In this document: positions 57,046 to 64,000 of the stretch, one piece after another | How the letters are laid out: the number at the start of each line of letters is the position of its first letter | How positions within the stretch are numbered: the stretch's first letter is position 1 | From: a virus | Length of the DNA: 64,000 bases | Reading direction: 5' to 3' (one strand) | IMG/VR virus record: IMGVR_UViG_3300047494_000229 | Span: 10,273-74,272 of that record | Notes under the pieces: model-generated | Seen by the model: only the letters and a program-made list of their open reading frames with translations | Databases searched by the model: none | What the model was told of the DNA's origin: nothing | Made by a program: the position numbers and the translations under genes

Positions 57046-58518
57046 TTAACCCTGACTAGCTGCTTCTACGGCATTGCGCCAATCAGTTGGGTTATTGCGG
57101 TCTAGACCCTTGGATTCACAGTAGGCGATCGCCTTGATGTAAATCTTGTTGCTATCGCCATCAACGCTGTATCCGGCGGGGGCGGTGAAATTAGCAGGAC
57201 TTGGCGCGGTTTCTCTCACCACAATGTCTTCTGAGAAGTTCCAAGCTTTACGGCTAGCGTAATCAGCCATCAATGCTTGACGTGGGGTTTTCTTGCCCAA
57301 TGATTCAGAAAACTCAACTTCTGTCGTATTGGGAGTGTTGAGTAAAAGGGTTACGGTGTCTTCGCGGCGACCCGAAACCAATTTCCCTTCCTTGACTAAA
57401 CCCTCAACAAAACTAGAAACTTCTTGGTGTTCTAAAGCCCGTTCGCGGTTTGTTAGCGCCTCCTCACGCGCATTCAAATCAGCTGCTTTTTGAGCTAATT
57501 CTTCGCTCATATCACTGGAATCATCCTCATCATCCTCAGAATCACTTGCGAAAACCTTATCTAAAGCCTTCTTCTGCTTGGCATTGGGCATCTTGCCTTT
57601 GGAGCAAATATCAGATACTTCTTGAGGCGTTAGCCCAGACTCCTTCGCTATTTCAGCCGGAGTCATGCCCGACTTTTTCCACATTGCCTTGTAATCAGTC
57701 ATCTCTCCGTTCTCCTCGTACCCCACAACTGGATCATCATCATCGTCGTCATCGTCGTCATCATCGCTGTCTTGCTGTAACTGAGCTACCTGCATCTGCA
57801 ATTGGAGGATTTGCTGGTTTTTCAATGCGTCACTTGTTGCGGCATCCCGCAACGCGGCAATTTGATCAGCAGGCAATACCCTGTCTGCTGTCTCCGTGTC
57901 CTCAGATTCAATCAAATATTCTCGATATCGCTGAAAAAGGTCAGCAGCGATCGCCCAAGGGGATTGCATGGTTGCACCTACATACATATCAAAATTGATT
58001 ACTCCAACTTCATCGTCAATACTGAATTCATAAGGTTCAAATTCTTGCCAGTCTGCTGGTGGTTCAGGTGGAGGTGCTAATCCCTTGCAAGCTGGAATCG
58101 TCTCTCCTAGTCCTGCAATATGGCGTAAGCTCCACTTGCCTTCATAGGGATTGTTTGGACTATTAGGTAAATAAAAACTTGAGCTAAAAGAATGAATTTG
58201 TTTGTCACGTAACCATCTAGTGAAATTACGTGATAGCCCGTTGTAACCCGCATAAAGGCAATTGCCTACCAGTTTTAATTTTGCGGGGATACCATGACAC
58301 AACTCGCTAGGCTCTTCAGATACAGTTTTGTCTGTATAATTCCCTATATCATGTCCAGAATTCTTGCTAACTATTAATGGAGCGCGAAATACTTGGGGAT
58401 TATAGGTGTCAACGACCTCTTGTAAATTGTCACGAGTGATTGTAGTCGAAACGCCATTTGATGCTGGTCGCGTTCCGGCTAAAAATATCTGTGTCCAATA
58501 CAAATCAGGATTCGCCAA
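57046..58518 (-). CDS. Mu gpI-like prohead protease/scaffold with embedded HTH
   Basis: IFLAG, APL...GH, SSSFY.P.SP.NP...LRHIAGLG..PA.KGL; acidic/coiled-coil C-terminal half. Confidence 0.85.
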   Translation of the reverse strand: MANPDLYWTQIFLAGTRPASNGVSTTITRDNLQEVVDTYNPQVFRAPLIVSKNSGHDIGNYTDKTVSEEPSELCHGIPAKLKLVGNCLYAGYNGLSRNFTRWLRDKQIHSFSSSFYLPNSPNNPYEGKWSLRHIAGLGETIPACKGLAPPPEPPADWQEFEPYEFSIDDEVGVINFDMYVGATMQSPWAIAADLFQRYREYLIESEDTETADRVLPADQIAALRDAATSDALKNQQILQLQMQVAQLQQDSDDDDDDDDDDDPVVGYEENGEMTDYKAMWKKSGMTPAEIAKESGLTPQEVSDICSKGKMPNAKQKKALDKVFASDSEDDEDDSSDMSEELAQKAADLNAREEALTNRERALEHQEVSSFVEGLVKEGKLVSGRREDTVTLLLNTPNTTEVEFSESLGKKTPRQALMADYASRKAWNFSEDIVVRETAPSPANFTAPAGYSVDGDSNKIYIKAIAYCESKGLDRNNPTDWRNAVEAASQG

Positions 58519-58572
58519 TTTTACTTATTTTAAGATTACAGTTTTGCTTAAAATAAGCTTAAATAGGCTATC

Positions 58573-58839
58573 TTGAAAAGGATTACTTACTTACCTAACA
58601 ATGTGTCCATCGCACGCCAAACACAATACCCGCCTTGTGAAACGCTAAGACGGGTAAGGATGCAAAAAAAATTAACACAATCAGATTTATCTATATTAGT
58701 GATTCAAAATGGGTACAAAATCACTAATCAATATATTAGTAGATTTGAGTCGGGGCATGATAAACCTTGGCCTGCTGCTAGAAGGGCGATCGCTCAGGCG
58801 CTAAAAATGGAAGAATCAGAGTTATTTCCAGACTTCTAA
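58573..58839 (+). CDS. XRE-family HTH regulator
   Basis: LRRVRMQKKLTQSDL...YISRFESG. Confidence 0.85.
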   Translation: MKRITYLPNNVSIARQTQYPPCETLRRVRMQKKLTQSDLSILVIQNGYKITNQYISRFESGHDKPWPAARRAIAQALKMEESELFPDF

Positions 58840-58841
58840 CT

Positions 58842-60620
58842 ATGCCTTGCATCCACGAAAGAGACTTATCTGAATTGGCTAATGGACATATACTTGCCCA
58901 AAAAGCTAATATTCAAAATCAACGGATTCGGCTTGAGGAAATAAGAGAGGAGTCGAAGCAGATTAAATCGAATCCTGATGCTGACCCCGTACAAGTTGCC
59001 GAAAGAGAAGGGGCGATCACTGACCTAGAATATCATCTCAATGGGCGAGTCAAACGTAGCATCCTAGAGCAAGAGTCTGCGGAGTTGGAGAAAACTGGGT
59101 TGAACCCAGATAGACTTAAACGGGTTAAAGATGCTTTGAAAGACCCGCAAGATTTAGTCAAAGACCCAGACTTAGGTACATCTGAGGATCGCTCTAAAAT
59201 CATGGAAGCGCTTTACAAGGATCGTCAACAGTTTGTTTTTGAAGATACTGCCCATGATAAAGACAAGGATGGTAATCCTATTCCTCGCTACGCCTCGGTA
59301 TTTGGCGCTCCTACAATTAAGAAATTAAAGGAATCAGGAGAGGAGGCGATCACCCAAGATTTGATGTTACGGTCAATCTCAATGGTGATAGGGGGAGAAG
59401 CAGCGAAAAACCCCAATGATTATCTTGATACTACGGGAAACGAAGTTAAAAAATCTTTAAGTGATGGTATAGAGCATCACCACATTTACAACAATGTGTA
59501 CGTTGACAATAATGGGAGAGTCAAGCCCAATTCAGTAAGATTTTTTCGTAATCCCAGTACAGGGGATGTTGAAATGCAGGTAATTCCCGAATACTGGAAT
59601 AGCGAAAAACATGGGCGCAATACCCAGTTTATTGAACTCATGGATGGGGCGCACTCAGGGGATGATACGGTAACGCACTTGCATTATTACAAGTTTGATG
59701 GGGGTGACGATGCCTTTATTAGGCAGAAAATTAAAGATAAGGTAGGGGAGATTATTGGTAGCAATGTTGCCAAAATACCTAAGCTCGAAACTGAACTAAA
59801 AGAACTAGGCGATCGCCGTGACAATCCTAAGGCTTATGAAGATAAATTAACTAAAGAAATAGATACTCACAATACAAGGATTGAAGAATTAGACAAAATT
59901 GAAGCCAAATACGCTACTCCCAACAAAGCTGGCTCAATGGTCAAAAACAAAGGACTGAGTGATGCCGAAGAGCAGGAGTTAGCTAATGCTAGAAGTGATC
60001 GCAATACTGTAAGGAAAGCCCAAGACAAAGTACAAAAGGCTTTAGTTGAACATCGAAGTTTCATCAATATTGAAGCAGATATTAATAAGTGGGAGCATGA
60101 AGCAAATATTGCAGAAGCAAAGTCTAAAACTATTAAATTAAATGTAAGATTTCCCACAGATGATTTTGATACCAAAGAAGCAGCTAAAATAGCCAAGTTT
60201 CAACTAGAAAGTGACGCTAAAGAGTTGAAAATTAAGGCTAAAAATAGTAAGCAAGTACTACGGGATAAAGGTTCTATTGACCAACAAATTAAGGACAAAA
60301 CCGCCAAGCTGCAAGAAGCTAAAGACTTGGCATCAATGACCGAGCAACAAGCTTTGTCAATTTATGACAAAAGCAATGGCTACCTTCATTTTGATAAAGG
60401 TAGCCAAGAAAGCCAGGATTACTCAAGATCGCGTCCAAAGATGAATACTGAGATTCATAAACTCAACGCGAGGCAAGCGATTGAGGAACTGGAGTCTCAA
60501 TATGGGGATGACTCAATGAAAATTTTGCAAGAAATTGCTAAGAAAAATTATCAGCGAAACCTGTTTTACAACCTAAAGCCGCTTGTGGATAAAGTCGCAG
60601 GAACTCTAGGAGTAGCTTAA
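58842..60620 (+). CDS. Large Lys/Glu-rich protein of unknown function
   Basis: 592-aa ORF with coiled coils and a central globular His-rich region. Confidence 0.65.
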   Translation: MPCIHERDLSELANGHILAQKANIQNQRIRLEEIREESKQIKSNPDADPVQVAEREGAITDLEYHLNGRVKRSILEQESAELEKTGLNPDRLKRVKDALKDPQDLVKDPDLGTSEDRSKIMEALYKDRQQFVFEDTAHDKDKDGNPIPRYASVFGAPTIKKLKESGEEAITQDLMLRSISMVIGGEAAKNPNDYLDTTGNEVKKSLSDGIEHHHIYNNVYVDNNGRVKPNSVRFFRNPSTGDVEMQVIPEYWNSEKHGRNTQFIELMDGAHSGDDTVTHLHYYKFDGGDDAFIRQKIKDKVGEIIGSNVAKIPKLETELKELGDRRDNPKAYEDKLTKEIDTHNTRIEELDKIEAKYATPNKAGSMVKNKGLSDAEEQELANARSDRNTVRKAQDKVQKALVEHRSFINIEADINKWEHEANIAEAKSKTIKLNVRFPTDDFDTKEAAKIAKFQLESDAKELKIKAKNSKQVLRDKGSIDQQIKDKTAKLQEAKDLASMTEQQALSIYDKSNGYLHFDKGSQESQDYSRSRPKMNTEIHKLNARQAIEELESQYGDDSMKILQEIAKKNYQRNLFYNLKPLVDKVAGTLGVA

Positions 60621-60860
60621 ATTAAATTCCGGCGCATCCATTTTTAACGTCTGAAACAACATCGAGCGAACCTCTTCATCCATTTCCTCAAGGTCGTCCA
60701 TGCCAATCCGCAATTCATCGTCATTTTCCGGATTGGGGTAATCAAACTCTACCCCTAACTTTTGCCCAGAATTGTGATGATACCACCATCGACCATTCTG
60801 GATTAGTGAAAAAACAACTTCAATGCGATCGCCCAAATAATTGTAGTGAAAACTTCTCAT
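60606..60860 (-). CDS. Hypothetical acidic protein
   Basis: ATGA-coupled to the HTH gene. Confidence 0.5.
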   Translation of the reverse strand: MRSFHYNYLGDRIEVVFSLIQNGRWWYHHNSGQKLGVEFDYPNPENDDELRIGMDDLEEMDEEVRSMLFQTLKMDAPEFNLSYS

Positions 60861-61087
60861 AAATCTACTCCTAAATCCACATTCAAGACTTGCTCCATTT
60901 TGCGTAGCGTTTCAAGGGCGATCGCTTCTTCTTTGTCATTCACAAGCTGATACCAGTAGGCACGGCTAATACCTACTGCAACACATACCTGTGTCACCGA
61001 CATATCAGATTTCTTTAAGGCAGTTGCGATCGCCTCTGAGAGCTTGGGAATCTCAATTTCTTTGCGTTCAATTTTCCGAACTTTCAC
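60857..61087 (-). CDS. XRE-family HTH regulator
   Basis: SVTQVCVAVGISRAYWYQL...LETLRKME. Confidence 0.85.
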   Translation of the reverse strand: MKVRKIERKEIEIPKLSEAIATALKKSDMSVTQVCVAVGISRAYWYQLVNDKEEAIALETLRKMEQVLNVDLGVDL

Positions 61088-61134
61088 CCTTACCGCCTCT
61101 TGCTACCTTTCTATTATAAGTGCAAAGTGGCGAG

Positions 61135-61163
61135 TTGACAAGTATAAAATAAACGTTTATATT
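61135..61163 (+). promoter_or_regulatory. Sigma70-type promoter for the KTSC gene
   Basis: TTGACA-17 nt-TATATT. Confidence 0.6.
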
Positions 61164-61219
61164 AGGAGACATGAAGAAGCGCCCCGTCTGGACAACTAAA
61201 GCGCTTCTTCTCCAACACT

Positions 61220-61525
61220 GTGGAGACTTTATTTATTATGACTCAATTTGAAGTTCAATTAGTTAATTCCACCGCGATTCGCCTCATCGGGTTCTCTGGC
61301 GACACTTTGCGGGTTATCTTCCGTAGTGGCAGTGCGTATGATTATTCTGGTGTCAGCAGAGAAGTATTTGAGAATTTGGCAAGTGCTGAATCAGTGGGGA
61401 CTCAGTTCCAATCAATTCGCAATGCCTATGAATTCAATAGATTGGAATCAAATAGAGTCCAAAATTTCTTGATGGCGGTATTAGAAGCGAGTCAGGGCGA
61501 TCGCCTAATGGTCGCTGACAACTAG
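61220..61525 (+). CDS. KTSC domain protein
   Basis: VNSTAI..IG...TL.V.FRSG..Y.YSGV...F..L..AESVG..F..IR. Confidence 0.85.
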   Translation: METLFIMTQFEVQLVNSTAIRLIGFSGDTLRVIFRSGSAYDYSGVSREVFENLASAESVGTQFQSIRNAYEFNRLESNRVQNFLMAVLEASQGDRLMVADN

Positions 61526-62991
61526 CATGGGGTTGCTTTTGCCTTCTCCTTGATTTGGTCAATATCTGAAGGTAAAACAATTTTATACCCTCCAGGGGAC
61601 TCACGCGAGACTTTACGCATAGTCTCCATATAGTCGTCTAGCACTGGTTCAGACAAGTAATCATTTTTTAGATCCTGGGAAGCATCCAAAGATTCTTTGA
61701 TCGCTCTCCAGGTTTTTTCTTTTTGCTCATACAGGCGATTATAGTTAGTATCCTTAATATCGCCTTTACTTACTTCACTGATAACTGCATTTAGTTCCTC
61801 AGCCGCGTCACGATATTTTACGATCGCGTCCAAAGCTGCTTTATCACGTGGACTGAGTGTTTTAGATTTGAGTTTTTCTAATTCGTCATCTGGCGAAATT
61901 TTAACTGGTTTAACAGCCACATCTGCTAACTTGTACTTTAATGCAGGTAATTTTTGTCCTGCGGTATTTTCCTGTAAAAGTTTTTCTAATTCCTGTAATT
62001 TGCTTATTGCATTAGCTTTATTTGATACCCCTCTATCTAGCTGCAATGCAGAGACTAGAGAAAGTGCAAAGGGTTTATTTTTATATTTTCTTCTTAATTG
62101 CTCAACAGTCGCATTATAGGCGTTGGGTGTTGACAGATTTAATAGTTTTAGCTTGCCAACATCCTCCAATAATCTTTGTGCTTCTGTCGATTTACCACCT
62201 TGTATTTGTCCTTTAATATACTGCTGAATATCAGGGTTTTTAATGTCTGGCATGGGGATAAACCTGCCAGTATGGGGGTCGCGCCAACGTCCTTGCTTAT
62301 CAATTATGTATTCAGCAAATTCTATAAAGACTTCCCACTCCTGAGAGTCGATTACGTCTTCCAGTCTTGCAAAAATAAGGGAGCATAAACAGCTTGTACG
62401 ACAATCGCACTTCTGTGTAGGGTAAATCACCTCATCAATGGGAACGGTGCCCATAGCGGCGTATTGTGGGCATTGCTGACAATGATAATCGCTCTCCCCT
62501 AATACTCTATAAGCCCCATCTAAACCCGATCGCTTCGCCGCAACACCCTCCCCTTTGAAAAAGGATATCTTAGCAGCCTTGGCATACATCCCTGCCCTGA
62601 CTCTGAATTGAGCAGGTGTAATCACCCCCTTGGTTAAATCGACTGCAAAGTTTCTGAGGTATTTGTATTGGTTCTTCAGTTCCCGCGCCAATACTAGATA
62701 ATCCTCTTTTTGGATTTGGGATTGTCCGCCCACACCTAAGAGATATTGTTGAGCATGAAGGATTTTGAGAGATTGGGCAAATTGCTCTTGCCATGCTCTC
62801 AAGGTAATCTTGCCATCTAAGAGTAAATTACCCAATTGTTGTAAATCTTGGGTAACTTGGGCGATTCTAAGTTGGGTGAGTTGGGCGATCGCCTGTTTGG
62901 ATAGAAATTTACCAGAGAGGCGATCGCGGTAACGACGCGATTGTGGTTCCCATTGGTAGGCGGGGTTTTGGATGGCGGCGAAATCAAGCAT
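61522..62991 (-). CDS. MuF-like minor head protein with C-terminal extension
   Basis: HCQQCP...P...CDCRTSCLC; GRWRDPHTGRF linker; head-module position. Confidence 0.65.
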   Translation of the reverse strand: MLDFAAIQNPAYQWEPQSRRYRDRLSGKFLSKQAIAQLTQLRIAQVTQDLQQLGNLLLDGKITLRAWQEQFAQSLKILHAQQYLLGVGGQSQIQKEDYLVLARELKNQYKYLRNFAVDLTKGVITPAQFRVRAGMYAKAAKISFFKGEGVAAKRSGLDGAYRVLGESDYHCQQCPQYAAMGTVPIDEVIYPTQKCDCRTSCLCSLIFARLEDVIDSQEWEVFIEFAEYIIDKQGRWRDPHTGRFIPMPDIKNPDIQQYIKGQIQGGKSTEAQRLLEDVGKLKLLNLSTPNAYNATVEQLRRKYKNKPFALSLVSALQLDRGVSNKANAISKLQELEKLLQENTAGQKLPALKYKLADVAVKPVKISPDDELEKLKSKTLSPRDKAALDAIVKYRDAAEELNAVISEVSKGDIKDTNYNRLYEQKEKTWRAIKESLDASQDLKNDYLSEPVLDDYMETMRKVSRESPGGYKIVLPSDIDQIKEKAKATPC

Positions 62992-63035
62992 TTAACCAAA
63001 ATCCCTGCTATTTTACATATTCTGCATTTCTGATT

Positions 63036-63170
63036 TCAATCGGGTTTCTGTGTTTCAAGTCCTAATGGAAAATCTGTTTTTCCCTTGGGTAGAATTTTCT
63101 TTGATTTAGAAGCTTTGGTTTCTTGCTCTTTCAGCTTTTTCAAAATTTCTTGATCGCTTTGATCACTCAT
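63036..63170 (-). CDS. 44-aa ORF directly downstream of the ADP-ribosyltransferase
   Basis: Manual translation MSDQSDQEILKKLKEQETKAS...QKPD. Confidence 0.35.
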   Translation of the reverse strand: MSDQSDQEILKKLKEQETKASKSKKILPKGKTDFPLGLETQKPD

Positions 63171-63172
63171 AG

Positions 63173-64000
63173 TTATGCCTCATTTAAATATATTCTAACT
63201 ACACCATCTTTTTCTTGCTTGTCTAACACTTTAAATTTACTTCCTGGCGCAAATAATACCTCTTGCTCTTCAGGCATTAAAGAAGTCTCTCCAACAGAGC
63301 GGCCCCTTTTTGATTGAATTACATATTCAACACGTTTTCTGCCCTTTATAGGCTCGGCAAATCCATCTGCGACTTGTTGGCTTTTGCTAGTACTAACAAA
63401 AGCTTTTTCAACAATAGTTTCTCCGGGCTTATATTTATCAATAACATTTTGAGATAATACGGTAGCCCTAAATACAGCTCCTTCATGCACAGGCATATAC
63501 TCCAGCCCTGCTTTCGCCATTTTTATTTGTAAATCAATATCTCTTTTAGCATTAGTATCCGCCTTATCTTCTCTAAGGTAATCGTTTATTTCTTGATACC
63601 TTTCAGATGTGTAATTGGTGACTCCCATTAATTCTTCTTTCTCTGGTGGGGGAGCATTAGGAAAAGTTTTGTAGTAATTATCCACTGCTTCTTCAATGTC
63701 TCGTTCGCCACCGAGTTGCCGCGAAAGGAAATCTCTAAATTCCTTTCGCTCAACAGGTGTAGTAGCAAGCGATTTATTTGCATTACTGCTAGCCTTTGGT
63801 GCTATTGATGGTTTCTGATCTTCTTCCTCCGCCTTTCCTGTTTGTGGTTTCTGAGATATAGCAGATGCAACTGCGGCTATGGCTGATTTATTTTTTTTCT
63901 TATTGTCTTTTGGCGCATTTGTCTTAGAAGTAGTCTTAGGTTTTTGCGATTTTGGGGTAGTTTTAGGCTTTTGCACTTCTGGAGTGTCCGCTTTTCCCTT
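63173..64000 (-). CDS. ADP-ribosyltransferase (R-S-E, VIP2/Alt-like) at the C-terminus of a longer ORF that begins beyond the window
   Basis: YT...Y..IN.YLR, VFR, FVSTS, EQEVLF; frame stays open to base 64000. Confidence 0.88.
   Translation of the reverse strand, partial: KGKADTPEVQKPKTTPKSQKPKTTSKTNAPKDNKKKNKSAIAAVASAISQKPQTGKAEEEDQKPSIAPKASSNANKSLATTPVERKEFRDFLSRQLGGERDIEEAVDNYYKTFPNAPPPEKEELMGVTNYTSERYQEINDYLREDKADTNAKRDIDLQIKMAKAGLEYMPVHEGAVFRATVLSQNVIDKYKPGETIVEKAFVSTSKSQQVADGFAEPIKGRKRVEYVIQSKRGRSVGETSLMPEEQEVLFAPGSKFKVLDKQEKDGVVRIYLNEA

Larger units (their letters stand above)
1..64000. mobile_element. Temperate cyanophage/prophage genome segment with Mu-like head genes; both ends lie outside the window
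   Basis: Integrase, repressors, replication, capsid, protease, head-tail and tail genes throughout; abundant HIP1 (GCGATCGC); no host core genes. Confidence 0.9.

Noticed and set aside
1-64000. Dense GCGATCGC sites as a novel repeat system
   Set aside because: This is the well-known cyanobacterial HIP1 octamer; it is useful only as a host marker

Overview
The whole window reads as one temperate phage (or phage-plasmid) genome of a filamentous cyanobacterium, probably Nostocales: GCGATCGC (HIP1) is dense, heptamer STRR-type repeats are present, and no host housekeeping genes are visible. Left to right it holds: a XisF-like large serine integrase with a candidate intact attP directly upstream; a leftward replication/early operon; an HTH/PAS regulatory switch; a rightward accessory operon (DHH phosphoesterase, HD hydrolase, Rad52-like recombinase, atypical C5 methyltransferase, duplicated promoter-leader cassettes); a complete array-less type IV-B CRISPR-Cas effector module (cas11, csf2, csf3, cysH, csf1); a holin-like/FHA block; a cupin / radical SAM / NMP kinase / radical SAM operon; an FtsK-like ATPase with small membrane proteins; an IS200/IS605-derived MITE; and Mu-like tail and head genes ending in a MuF-like protein and an ADP-ribosyltransferase. 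The most striking observation is a pair of homologous ~55-aa QDHGxDCxCxxCQ microproteins, both below the ORF-track cutoff. One lies inside the type IV-B operon and the other inside the radical SAM operon, which suggests the two modules are functionally linked. One of the two radical SAM proteins also appears circularly permuted. All family calls come from motif recognition by eye, not database searches.
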